The notes below the pieces were generated by a model that did no database searches, was not told the DNA's origin, and was given only the letters and a program-made list of their open reading frames with translations. From Verrucomicrobiia bacterium (GTDB lineage Bacteria; Verrucomicrobiota; Verrucomicrobiia; Palsa-1439): a stretch of 47,142 bases of DNA. Below are positions 34,963 through 43,900 of this stretch, piece after piece. A program made the translations under genes and the position numbers. The stretch spans positions 1-47,142 of the forward strand of contig JBGOTY010000001.1 of the NCBI GenBank assembly GCA_041476745.1, given 5' to 3'. Within the stretch, counting starts at the first letter, position 1. Each line of letters opens with the position of its first letter.

Positions 34963-37900
34963 CTATATCTTTTGTTGTGCTACAGAATCCTTCCCCTTGG
35001 GACGGGCGAAACTAGCTTCCACAAGGGCACGTTCCTCAACGGTCAAGCCATAGAGGTCGTAAACTCGGCGGTCGATTTCCTCGTCGGTGGTGGTGATGTC
35101 GCGTTGCAGTTCCGTGGGGTTGAGTAGTGGAGAGTGTTTCTTCATTTCGGCAAGAACAAGCTTGAGAGTGCGGAGCTGGGTCTCGACATCGTGGACACCG
35201 TGCGACAGGAACACTGGCACTTGGATTGTCTCCAGGGTCAACGCCAGGAGTTTACCTTCACCCCATTTCCTCTTGCGGGAATTGTTGCGTAGAAATTGGT
35301 GGATGCCATAGAGAATAAAAAGGCGTACCCTCTGGTCAACTACGGTCATGTCAAGCACCGGCTTCCAACCGTCTGCCACCTGCGCACCGATCTCTATTGT
35401 CTCCCCGAGCATCTGACAACGGAAGCCTGTTACCGCGCCGGCTTCGTTTGGCTTCACGTGCGATTTCTTGCCGATGAGCGCTACGTACTCTTCTCTATTC
35501 CAGTACGTGTCGCCCAAGGTTTTCCAATCGTGTGGATGGTTGTCGAGTGCATCACCAAATGCCTGCTCTGCGGTCGCCTGATCAGAGTGAAGCCGTGCCA
35601 TTCTGTCGGCTAGGGTGACCAGCGCATCATGAGTTGCCTTCTGCGGCTTCTTCTTGAAGTCAATTTTTGGAATAGGCAACGACGCAAGCTGTCGAACCTT
35701 GAGCTTGGGAAACATCGATTTGACCTCAGAGAATGTCTGGCGATAGAAATATGACATGGGCGTCGAACCAAGCACTGCCGCAAGAAATGCAACGTTATAC
35801 TCGCTATCTGGCTTGGCGATCACCAAGAAAACCGACTGATCTGCATAATATTTTTCACGATCGATTGCGACGATCAATCGGTCGGAGAGCACCTGACGAA
35901 GTACAACCTTGTCATTGAGGAAGAATTTCGGATCACGAGGACAATGGAGCCATTTGCCGTACTTCAGCCAATTATCTGCGGGCCAGCTAACATGCCACCG
36001 CTCGATATTTTCCCCCCTCAACTCGGGTTGGTATTCTGGTCCAAGCTTTCGATTTGAGTGGAACGGTTTGGTTTTGGCTGCATCCTTTCCGTGTTTGAAG
36101 GATGCGTACGGTTGTACGCCCAATCCCACATCCGCAATCTCAACAAGTGTTACAGATCCTTGGGAGATTCTCCTTGTGATCTTCTTGCCGCGATTCAGTA
36201 TGTCAAATACATGCCGAAAATTCTCCCAGAAAGCTTCTTGGTCAGTTTCTTCAGTCCAATCCCACTGTCCTTCTTCGATATTCTTTAGGGTTCCATCGCG
36301 TTTCAAGACTCGTGTCGTCAGCTTCGAAGAAATGGGCTTCTGCGAGATTCGATCAGAAAGAACCTTGTGTGTCAGCTGTATGGTGCTGTCGTTATCGACG
36401 TGCGGAAACGCTATCTTATGTAGATACGCAATATCGCGAATCTGGCATGTCGAGAGAAGGATTTTTCTTAGGACTGAGGCATCCTGCAGGCTGACCCATG
36501 AATACGGAATGATAAAACCAAGCTCGCCATCCGTTCTTAGCCTTGCAAGCGCTGCCTCCTCGAACAAGATATACGTGTCACATTTACTTTCCGCAGTTAG
36601 CCACACTTGTTTAAAAAATGTTTTCTCGTCCGGCTGAATATCTGCGCCCCAGGGTGGATTCCCAATCACGATGTCGAACCCGTCGCCGTTTGCGAACACT
36701 TCAGGAAATTCCACCGGCCAATGAAAGGGATGCTTAATTGCGGGGTCCCGGAAAAACTTCTTCAAGGGCTCGTTAAGCGACGCGGCGGCTTGTCGCGTTC
36801 GGTCCGTGGCTTCGTCAAGCAACTTGCGTTTGGTGGTGTCGTCGTCGGTCTCGCGAACTTGCTGCCGCAACTCAATGAGCGGCTTTAGGTCTTTTGCGGT
36901 CAACGTTGTCTTCTCCCAGAGTTTCACCCCGGGCACATAGCCAATAAGAGAATTGCCGACTTTAATGTTCTGGTTGAGAATGAGCGGCAGCTTGCGACCG
37001 TTGGAACTGACGCGGTCGAAGGCCTTCATGATGAGGTTGACACTAGCGAGTTCGGCAGCCTCGTCGTCCAGATCCACGCCGTAGAGGTTCTCTTCAAGGA
37101 TGATTTTGGGGAAATGATACAGCCTCTTTGGCAGCGACTTGACAGCGGCCTGCGTTTCGAGTTGCTCACCCGGTTTAGATTCTTTGAGCAACCGTGTGTT
37201 CTCCGCAGTGACACGCTCGTTGCAGCTTTCGTAAAACTTCGCCAGCACGTCAAAGGCGTAAATGAGGAATGAGCCGCTGCCGCACGCGGGATCAAGCACT
37301 TTGAGCTTACGCGCTTCGTGTCCTGCGTTGAGACCGTGCTGCGCCTTGAGTTCCTCAAGTTTCCTTCCGAGTGTGTTGTCCACGATGTAACGGACGATTG
37401 GGCGCGGTGTGTAATAGATGCCTGCCTCTTTGCGGAGGTCACGACGCTCGGCCAGTTCAATGCGTCCGTCTTTGAGTTGGAGCCGGTGACCGAGATAGGT
37501 TTCGTATGTATTGCCGAGAACGTCGGAAGTAAACTTGCGGAAGCTGATGGTGGTGATCTCGGCGAGGATTTGGTCGAGGCAATCGTTGCTGACGGTGACC
37601 TGTTCGCACGGGTGTTTCGGGCTGAAGATTTCCGTATTGTGCTTCCGATCCATCCCCGCGCAAAAATCGAGGAAATCGCGGTAAAGTTTGCCTTCGGCCG
37701 CGTAGCTGCGACGGGCTTTGAAGCCGGCGTGCATCGCTTCGATAACCCCAAAGTCATCGAGCAATTCACGATCATCGGCGTAACGAATGATGACCAGCCG
37801 GTCGAGAATGCGCTGGACAACACGCCGCAACTTGTCGAGATCGGGGTGGCCATCGCTCAGTAGGACTTCGTTGTCAGGATTACGGTCGAGGATGTCCTGT

Positions 37901-38466
37901 GCCAGGAGCTTTCGCCAGCGCTTCAAGCTCTCCAAGAAACCACGGTCGAGGTCTTCCTTCGCTTGAAGCTGTCCGAAGTGTTCGAGGCTGTCCCGCTCAA
38001 TGTTGGCTTTTGCGAGTCGATTCAGGTCTTCGATGCGGCGCGCATAGTCTTGCGGGTCGTCGAATGCGAGAATCAAGCGTTCCTGGTCGGCGTCAAAAAC
38101 ATGCAGACGCTCGAAATTTGTCAAGACCGCCCACTTGATCTTCTCCTGGCGGGCGTATTTGAAGGCCTGCTTCTCTTCGGGTGTGCGGTCGCCGGTACGC
38201 TCGGTGGACTTCGGTATCTGGCCGAAGCGTTTGACTTCGACGAACAGCCTGGGTTCGCCGCGCAGTAGTAGCCCGATGTCGGCGAATCCCGCTTCGCGAA
38301 CGTAGCGTTGGCGATTGTATTCGTTGGGATTGGTGACGTCCCAACCTAATGCAGCGAAAAGATGATCGATAAAGTTTGCACTGACATCGGCTTCCGTCCT
38401 GGGCTTCGTCCTGTCGCGTTCGTAGCGCTGGATTAGTTCGGGCAGTTTATCACGCAGGTCGGGCAT
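34963..38466 (-). CDS. type IIG restriction-modification enzyme (N-terminal PD-(D/E)xK-like nuclease + gamma-class N6-adenine DNA methyltransferase, Eco57I-like, + TaqI-like C-terminal specificity domain)
   Basis: 1167 aa. Nuclease-like GFADIGLLLRGEPRLFVEVKRFG...AVLTNFERLHVF. SAM motif I VLDPACGSGSFLIYA. Catalytic motif IV DIVIGNPPWG. C-terminal EEIDRRVYDLYGLTVEE, typical of Eco57I-like/type IIG enzymes. My hand counts of two 60-nt lines give 47-48% GC. Confidence 0.88.
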   Translation of the reverse strand: MPDLRDKLPELIQRYERDRTKPRTEADVSANFIDHLFAALGWDVTNPNEYNRQRYVREAGFADIGLLLRGEPRLFVEVKRFGQIPKSTERTGDRTPEEKQAFKYARQEKIKWAVLTNFERLHVFDADQERLILAFDDPQDYARRIEDLNRLAKANIERDSLEHFGQLQAKEDLDRGFLESLKRWRKLLAQDILDRNPDNEVLLSDGHPDLDKLRRVVQRILDRLVIIRYADDRELLDDFGVIEAMHAGFKARRSYAAEGKLYRDFLDFCAGMDRKHNTEIFSPKHPCEQVTVSNDCLDQILAEITTISFRKFTSDVLGNTYETYLGHRLQLKDGRIELAERRDLRKEAGIYYTPRPIVRYIVDNTLGRKLEELKAQHGLNAGHEARKLKVLDPACGSGSFLIYAFDVLAKFYESCNERVTAENTRLLKESKPGEQLETQAAVKSLPKRLYHFPKIILEENLYGVDLDDEAAELASVNLIMKAFDRVSSNGRKLPLILNQNIKVGNSLIGYVPGVKLWEKTTLTAKDLKPLIELRQQVRETDDDTTKRKLLDEATDRTRQAAASLNEPLKKFFRDPAIKHPFHWPVEFPEVFANGDGFDIVIGNPPWGADIQPDEKTFFKQVWLTAESKCDTYILFEEAALARLRTDGELGFIIPYSWVSLQDASVLRKILLSTCQIRDIAYLHKIAFPHVDNDSTIQLTHKVLSDRISQKPISSKLTTRVLKRDGTLKNIEEGQWDWTEETDQEAFWENFRHVFDILNRGKKITRRISQGSVTLVEIADVGLGVQPYASFKHGKDAAKTKPFHSNRKLGPEYQPELRGENIERWHVSWPADNWLKYGKWLHCPRDPKFFLNDKVVLRQVLSDRLIVAIDREKYYADQSVFLVIAKPDSEYNVAFLAAVLGSTPMSYFYRQTFSEVKSMFPKLKVRQLASLPIPKIDFKKKPQKATHDALVTLADRMARLHSDQATAEQAFGDALDNHPHDWKTLGDTYWNREEYVALIGKKSHVKPNEAGAVTGFRCQMLGETIEIGAQVADGWKPVLDMTVVDQRVRLFILYGIHQFLRNNSRKRKWGEGKLLALTLETIQVPVFLSHGVHDVETQLRTLKLVLAEMKKHSPLLNPTELQRDITTTDEEIDRRVYDLYGLTVEERALVEASFARPKGKDSVAQQKI

Positions 38467-38650
38467 GGGAGCGAAGTTTAAGCCAGCAGAGAGTTTTCGA
38501 CAACCCCGGAATGAAATGGGAGCCGGGCCTGAGTTCTTCTACGGGTTTATGGCCAACGGAGAGATCGGGCACGTCCTTTAGGAGATGGAAGGGCACCTTG
38601 AGGTGATGGTTCACCACCGCCTCTTTCCCGATCCAGTTCAACGTCGGCAT
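38450..38650 (-). pseudogene. N-terminal stump of a Mod-type (type III-like, beta-class) DNA methyltransferase
   Basis: MPTLNWIGKEAVVNHHLKVPFHLLKDVPDLSVG matches the very conserved N-terminus of type III-like site-specific DNA methyltransferases. After ~34 codons (about nt 38548) the reading frame turns into unrelated sequence, lacks the DPPY and SAM motifs, and runs into the start of the type IIG gene. Confidence 0.6.
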
Positions 38651-38820
38651 TTGCGCGGAGTGTAGTCAGTCGGCGTCCCTTCGACAAGCCTGCCGTGGCA
38701 GGGCGGTTGAGCGACAGCGGGTGTAAACGTTGCCGTCGAATCTCGACTCGATTATCATGTTCGCATGGCGCTGAGGCGTGATCCGATTGAAGATGATCCG
38801 AAGTACAGGCCGATGATTGA

Positions 38821-38862
38821 GGCGGCGGATCCGCCTTCGCTAAAGCTTCGGCGCGACCGGGG
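38821..38862 (+). repeat. right copy of imperfect ~40-bp direct repeat bracketing the low-GC defence islet
   Basis: GGCGGCGGATCCGCCTTCGCTAAAGCTTCGGCGCGACCGGGG, same orientation as 34202..34241. Confidence 0.6.
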
Positions 38863-38967
38863 GAGGTGGCGGAGGGGGTTCAATGTTGCTTGACGGGGTT
38901 TGGGGTGCGTGTTAGCGTCCCCCGCACTTTAGCCCAGAGAAGGAACCACATCAGCCAGAAGGAATTC

Positions 38968-40050
38968 ATGAAGATCCGCGTTGTTTGCGCCACTTTTGTC
39001 ATTGCCGTCACGCTCGCTTGCCGGACATTCGGTGAGGACAAGCCGAAGGCCGCTGTTCAAACCAATGCTCCTGCTGTGTCCGTCGCGGCGACCGCTCCGA
39101 AGTCTGACGAAGTGGTGGCGCGGGTCAATGGCGCGGAAATCAAGCGCAAGGAACTCGATGCGGCGGTGCAGGCGTTTGCGTTCCAGATGGCTCGCCGTGG
39201 TCGCCCCCTTCCGCCGGGCCAGGGCGCGGTGGTGGAACGCGACATTTTGGATGAGTTGATTAGCCACGAACTGCTACGGGAGGAAGGCAGCAAACATATT
39301 CCCGCGGACATCGACAAGAAGGTGCAGGAGCAGATGGATCTGGTGATGAAGCAGGTTGGCGGCGAGGAGCAACTCAAGAAAACACTCGCGGGAACCGGCA
39401 TCACCCTCGACGAATACGCCAAACGGGTCCGCGACAACGTTATCATCCGCGGAGCGATCGAGAGCGCCGTCGACAAGGAAGTCAAGATCACTCCCGAGGA
39501 GGTCAGGGCATATTACGATAAGAATCCCGACCAGTTCAAACAGCCCGAGACGGTTCGCGCCAGTCATGTTCTCATTCGCTGCGCCCCCGAGGCGACCGAT
39601 GAAGTGAAGAAGGAGAAGCGCACGCAGATTGACAGCGTGCGGGCGCTGGTCAAGGGCGGTGAGAAATTCGCGGATGTGGCCAAGAAGTTTTCCGAGGACC
39701 CTGGCAGCGCCAAGAATGGCGGCGATCTCGGGTTTTTCGGGCGTGGCCAGATGGTGCCGGAATTCGACGCGGCGGCGTTTTCGCTGAAGACAAACGAAAT
39801 CAGCGACGTCATCAACACGCAGTACGGTTACCACGTCCTGTTGGTCACGGACCGCAAACCCGCGCAGACCGTCCCCTTCGATCAGGTGAAGGACGATCTC
39901 GCGCAGTATTTGAAGCAGAGCAAGGGCAATGATATCACGCGCGACCAGGTCGCCAGTCTGCGCAAGACAGCGAAGGTTGAGATTCTCGTGCCGGAGCCGC
40001 CCCCCGCGCCGGTCGTCGAAACAGCGCCCGTGCAAGCCCCGACCAAGTGA
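38968..40050 (+). CDS. peptidyl-prolyl cis-trans isomerase, parvulin type (SurA/PrsA-like), secreted
   Basis: Start reassigned to ATG 38968 (MKIRVVCATFVIAVTLACRTFG signal peptide; AGAAGGAA ribosome-binding site). Rotamase domain RASHVLIR...FADVAKKFSEDPGSAKNGGDLGFFGRGQMVPEFDAAAF.L....ISDVINTQYGYHVLLV. Confidence 0.88.
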   Translation: MKIRVVCATFVIAVTLACRTFGEDKPKAAVQTNAPAVSVAATAPKSDEVVARVNGAEIKRKELDAAVQAFAFQMARRGRPLPPGQGAVVERDILDELISHELLREEGSKHIPADIDKKVQEQMDLVMKQVGGEEQLKKTLAGTGITLDEYAKRVRDNVIIRGAIESAVDKEVKITPEEVRAYYDKNPDQFKQPETVRASHVLIRCAPEATDEVKKEKRTQIDSVRALVKGGEKFADVAKKFSEDPGSAKNGGDLGFFGRGQMVPEFDAAAFSLKTNEISDVINTQYGYHVLLVTDRKPAQTVPFDQVKDDLAQYLKQSKGNDITRDQVASLRKTAKVEILVPEPPPAPVVETAPVQAPTK

Positions 40051-40134
40051 CGACGGGCGTTTCGCCCGAAACCGGTGGTTCGGTCGTGCGATTGACGCCG
40101 CCCGCGGAAGTTTCATAGACTTGCGCCGGCGCTC

Positions 40135-41394
40135 ATGCTGACAATTACCCTGATTCTCGAACTGCTTGCGCTGGGAGGACTCCTGGTCCTGTCGGCGTTT
40201 TTCTCGGGAACCGAGATTGCCCTGTTCTCGCTCAGTAAACTGCAACTGCGCCGCCTGCGGCAGGAACATCCGGCCCAGGGCCAGATCATCAGCGAACTTC
40301 TCGACCAGCCGCATCGATTGCTCTCGACGATTCTTTTCGGCAATACCGTCGCCAACGTTGCCGCCGCCATCCTGGGTTACGCGATCTCGCAGACGCTCGT
40401 CCCGCGCCATGCGGCGGCGGTCGCCGTGCCGGTCATGACCGTGGTGATTCTTCTTTGCGGCGAGGTCACGCCGAAGACCCTGGTCATTCGCAGCGCCGAG
40501 TTCTTCGCCGTCCACCTCGCGCGGCCCATCCGTTGGATGGTCGTCTCGACTTCCCAACTGCGCCGCACAACCGAGGCGGTGTCCGCGCTGATCGTCCAAC
40601 GTATCGAGCGACTGCCTTACTTTTCCGCGCAGCAGGCCCGCTCCGCGGCCCCGACTGAAGACGAGTACCGCACGTTGCTCACCGCCAGTGAACGCGCCGG
40701 CGTCGTCCGCAAGGAAGAGCGCCATATGGTCAACAAAATCCTCGCGCTGGAAAAGATGCAAGTGAAGGAAATCATGACCCCGCGGGTGGACATGCAGTGT
40801 GTGGAGGATACGCTCCAACCGGACGAGATGGCCGGGGCCTTGCGCCGCATCAAACACCGCCGCGTGCCAATCATCCATGAAACGCCCGACACCGTCGAGG
40901 GGATCCTCAAGGTCAAGGACTTCCTGGTCAATCCGTTGCGCGAACTCGACGAAGTCGTGGAGTTGCCGAATTTTGTGCCGGAAACGATGTCCGTCGCGAA
41001 GCTGTTAAAAAACTTTCGCAAACAGGAGCATCCCGTGGCCATTGTCGTCGACGAGTACGGCGGCACGCAGGGAATGGTCACGCTGGAAGACGTTCTCGAG
41101 GAGATTGTCGGCGAGATCGAAGACGAGTTCGACAAGAGCGAGATCATGGTGCAGAAACTCGACGAGCGCCGCTACCTCATCAACGGCAAGGCGCGGCTGG
41201 AACTGGTCAACGAGCAGTGCGGTCTGGCGCTGCAAGCGGCCGACGTCGAGACGATCGCCGGCTGGGTGATCGCGCAGCTCGGGGCCTTGCCGAAGGAGGG
41301 CGAGCAGGTTCGTTTCGAGAACGTTCGCGCCACCGCCCGCAAGGTCCTTAAGAATCGCGTCGGCGAAGTCTTGCTGGAGTTCGAGGGACGCTGA
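40135..41394 (+). CDS. hemolysin-family / CNNM protein (DUF21 transmembrane domain + CBS pair + CorC_HlyC domain)
   Basis: 419 aa. LSAFFSGTEIALFSLSKLQLRRL, GEVTPKT, MTPRVDM, PIIHETPDTVEGIL, HPVAIVVDEYGGTQGMVTLEDVLEEIVGEIEDEFD, and a C-terminal transporter-associated domain. Confidence 0.9.
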   Translation: MLTITLILELLALGGLLVLSAFFSGTEIALFSLSKLQLRRLRQEHPAQGQIISELLDQPHRLLSTILFGNTVANVAAAILGYAISQTLVPRHAAAVAVPVMTVVILLCGEVTPKTLVIRSAEFFAVHLARPIRWMVVSTSQLRRTTEAVSALIVQRIERLPYFSAQQARSAAPTEDEYRTLLTASERAGVVRKEERHMVNKILALEKMQVKEIMTPRVDMQCVEDTLQPDEMAGALRRIKHRRVPIIHETPDTVEGILKVKDFLVNPLRELDEVVELPNFVPETMSVAKLLKNFRKQEHPVAIVVDEYGGTQGMVTLEDVLEEIVGEIEDEFDKSEIMVQKLDERRYLINGKARLELVNEQCGLALQAADVETIAGWVIAQLGALPKEGEQVRFENVRATARKVLKNRVGEVLLEFEGR

Positions 41395-41395
41395 C

Positions 41396-42379
41396 ATGGA
41401 CGCACTCAACTATCTCGTTATCATTGTCGTGGGCATCCTGGGCTCAGCGTTCTTTGCGGGCGCCGAAACGGGGCTGATTTCCCTGAACCGTGTCCGACTG
41501 CGCCATGAGGTCGAGCGCAAGAGCCGCCGCGCGATCATCCTGAATGGGTTTGTTGAGAACACCGAACGCTTGTTGGGCACGACGCTGTTCGGGACGAACC
41601 TCGCCAACGTGCTGGTCGGTGTCTACGCCTCGGTGCTCGCGACGCGCCTCTTTCATACCGATAACTTCTGGCTCGACCTCGCCGCGACGATCGTCGCCTC
41701 GGCGTTCCTGCTGGTGGTCGGTGAAATTGTCCCAAAAACGCTCTTTCGCCATTATTCGCACCGTCTCTGCATGACCATCGCCGACGCGCTGAACGCGACG
41801 GCGTGGCTGTTTGCCCCACTCGTGACCCTGCTCGGGTTTGTGATGCGCGCGGTCGTTCGTCTCAGCGGCGACGCCGAGACGCCGAAAAGCTTCTTTGTCA
41901 CCCGCGAGGAATTGAAACACCTCGCCAAGGAGGGGGAGGCAGGCGGCGCGCTCACCGCCGAGGAACGCGAGATGATCGATGGCGTTTTCGATTTTCCCTA
42001 CAAGACGGTGTACGACATCATGTTGCCGCTCGCGCGGGCCGTTACCGTCGTCCGTGATACGCCGGTGACGGAGCTCTTCGCGGTTTCCGAGCGCTCCGGC
42101 TTCGCTCGCTTCCCCGTCGGCGAGGGCGACCGAATTGTCGGCATTGTCAACGTCTACGAAATCCTCTTTGACAATGCCGGTAGCGACGCCAAAACTGCCG
42201 GGCAACTCATGCAAAAACCGCAGTTCGTGCTCTCCACGGAGCGCGTCAACCGCGTCCTCCCCGTCCTGCGCGCCGGCCGTCGTCCCATCAGTATCGTCGT
42301 CGACCCCGAAGGCAAACACGTCGGCATTCTCACCATCGAAGACATCGTCGAGGAAATCGTCGGCGAGGTGGAGGGATGA
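41396..42379 (+). CDS. CNNM-family protein (DUF21 + CBS pair, no CorC_HlyC domain)
   Basis: 327 aa. SAFFAGAETGLISLNRVRLRH, GEIVPKT, DIMLPL, FPV.EGDRIVGIVNVYE, ISIVVDPEGKHVGILTIEDIVEEIVGEV. Starts 1 nt after the upstream stop. Confidence 0.88.
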   Translation: MDALNYLVIIVVGILGSAFFAGAETGLISLNRVRLRHEVERKSRRAIILNGFVENTERLLGTTLFGTNLANVLVGVYASVLATRLFHTDNFWLDLAATIVASAFLLVVGEIVPKTLFRHYSHRLCMTIADALNATAWLFAPLVTLLGFVMRAVVRLSGDAETPKSFFVTREELKHLAKEGEAGGALTAEEREMIDGVFDFPYKTVYDIMLPLARAVTVVRDTPVTELFAVSERSGFARFPVGEGDRIVGIVNVYEILFDNAGSDAKTAGQLMQKPQFVLSTERVNRVLPVLRAGRRPISIVVDPEGKHVGILTIEDIVEEIVGEVEG

Positions 42380-42410
42380 CGGCGTCGCGAAAGAGAAAGA
42401 GACGGAGCCT

Positions 42411-43220
42411 ATGAAACTTGGCAAACGGTTCATGGTGGCGCCGCACGCGCGGTTGCAGCTGGGCGAGTTCGACCCCGATGACAGCGCGGGTTTCGAGAAG
42501 GGCGACGAAGCCCATGCCCGCCTGGAGAAGAACATCTCCCGCATGGAGGACTTGCAGTATCGGCTGTACGCCGAGAGCCGACGCGCCTTGCTGATCATCT
42601 TGCAGGGTATGGACGCCAGTGGCAAGGACGGGACCGTGCGGCATGTGATGTCCGGGCTGAATCCGCAAGGTTGCCGTGTGACCTCGTTCAAGGTGCCCTC
42701 CGCCGAGGAGGCCAGCCACGATTTTCTCTGGCGCATCCACCAGGCGGTGCCCGCGCGCGGTGAAATCGGCATTTTCAACCGCTCGCAGTATGAGGACGTA
42801 CTGGTGGTTCGCGTGCACCAGCTTGTGCCAAAATCCGTCTGGTCCGCGCGTTACGACCAGATCAACGCGTTCGAGAAACTGCTGACTGAAAACGGCGTGA
42901 CGATCTTGAAGTTCTTTCTGCACATCAGCAAGGAGGAGCAGAAGGAGCGGCTGGACCAGCGTCTCGAAGATTCAACCCGGAACTGGAAGATCAGCCCTGC
43001 GGACCTCAAAGAGCGCAAGCGTTGGGGCGATTACGCGATGGCCTACGAGGCTGTCCTAAGCCGATGCAGCACATCCACGGCGCCCTGGTTCGTCATCCCG
43101 TCGAACAAGAAATGGTTTCGCAACCTCGCGGTCTCCCAAATTATCGTCGAGACGCTCGAACAAATGAACCCGAAGTTCCCCAAGGCAGCCTTTGATATTT
43201 CGAAACTCAAGGTGAAGTAG
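42411..43220 (+). CDS. ppk2: polyphosphate kinase 2 family protein (single-domain PPK2)
   Basis: Start reassigned to ATG 42411 (MKLGKRF...). LLIILQGMDASGKDGTVRHVMSGLNPQGCRVTSFKVPSAEE..HDFLWR, IGIFNRSQYEDVLVVRVH, LKFFLHISKEEQKERL, WFVIPSNKKWFRN. Confidence 0.9.
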   Translation: MKLGKRFMVAPHARLQLGEFDPDDSAGFEKGDEAHARLEKNISRMEDLQYRLYAESRRALLIILQGMDASGKDGTVRHVMSGLNPQGCRVTSFKVPSAEEASHDFLWRIHQAVPARGEIGIFNRSQYEDVLVVRVHQLVPKSVWSARYDQINAFEKLLTENGVTILKFFLHISKEEQKERLDQRLEDSTRNWKISPADLKERKRWGDYAMAYEAVLSRCSTSTAPWFVIPSNKKWFRNLAVSQIIVETLEQMNPKFPKAAFDISKLKVK

Positions 43221-43337
43221 GGAACGCGCCGAAAGCCCGGGGGCGCCATGGGGCCCTCTCCCAATGGCCGCAAACAAACTCTGTTTCTCATCCGCGACAT
43301 TGTGGTAGCATCTCCGGCCGACGGATAGAGGAGAGAT

Positions 43338-43781
43338 GTGACAACACTTGTGGATCCCGTTGAGGCGTTCTTTTCCGGGATTAATTCCGTTATTGCACGT
43401 TTACTGCTGGCTTTTGCGGGGGTGATTGTAGGCTTCGGCGTCTGTTTGGTGTCGGCCGGGTGGCCTACAGACGCAGGCAGTCTTTGGCCTCTTCTCACGG
43501 TTGGTGTTCTGTTCTGGTGGGGCATGTACGGCGGCTGGTTCTTTGTCGGATTGCTCGCGTTTATCGGCATATTCGTGTTCCTATGGTCGTTCGCGTATGA
43601 CTATCATCCCAAGCTGTCGTTTTTCGGGATATTCAATTCCGCAGTCATTTACTACTCACCGCTCACATTTGATGAGAACCGGTGGCTTTATGCCCTGGGG
43701 CTTTGCCTCGGCGTCGGCGTCTGCTATTGGGTATTACCGTATCTTTTTGTTCGTCTTGTTCGAAGGAAGGCCATTCGATGA
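43338..43781 (+). CDS. hypothetical integral membrane protein (about 4 TM segments), low-GC orphan
   Basis: 147 aa, GTG start preceded by GGAGAG. Strongly hydrophobic, Trp/Phe/Tyr-rich. My hand counts of two 60-nt lines (43561-43680) give 42-47% GC. No family recognised. Confidence 0.6.
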   Translation: MTTLVDPVEAFFSGINSVIARLLLAFAGVIVGFGVCLVSAGWPTDAGSLWPLLTVGVLFWWGMYGGWFFVGLLAFIGIFVFLWSFAYDYHPKLSFFGIFNSAVIYYSPLTFDENRWLYALGLCLGVGVCYWVLPYLFVRLVRRKAIR

Positions 43782-43900
43782 GTCGAATGCGAGTCGGCGT
43801 CTCCATCGATGAGATCGGTCATTGGCCCGGGTCTTGGAACAGAAGTCTATAACTCTGTTTTCTGGATTCTGGGTTGCTACTGCGGTATTGTTCCCGCCTC

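Noticed and set aside
34963-38466. Considered BREX PglX rather than a stand-alone type IIG enzyme
   Set aside because: No brxA/B/C, pglZ or brxL-like genes flank it. The N-terminus also carries a D...EVK nuclease-like motif not expected in PglX. The call remains motif-based, and a REBASE or DefenseFinder search would settle it.
38765-38893. 43-codon + strand mini-ORF (MALRRDPIEDDPKYRPMIEAADPPSLKLRRDRGRWRRGFNVA) spanning the right direct repeat
   Set aside because: It is too short and unsupported. Its second half is simply the translation of the GC-rich repeat element. It is noted only because the first half could be a remnant of a disrupted gene.
39274-40878. 534-aa minus-strand ORF, plus 41444..42778 and 44527..45579 on the minus strand
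   Set aside because: They are antisense to the PPIase/CNNM, CNNM/PPK2 and hisF/hisI/trpE genes, all of which have strong family signatures. Composition is typical of high-GC shadow frames.
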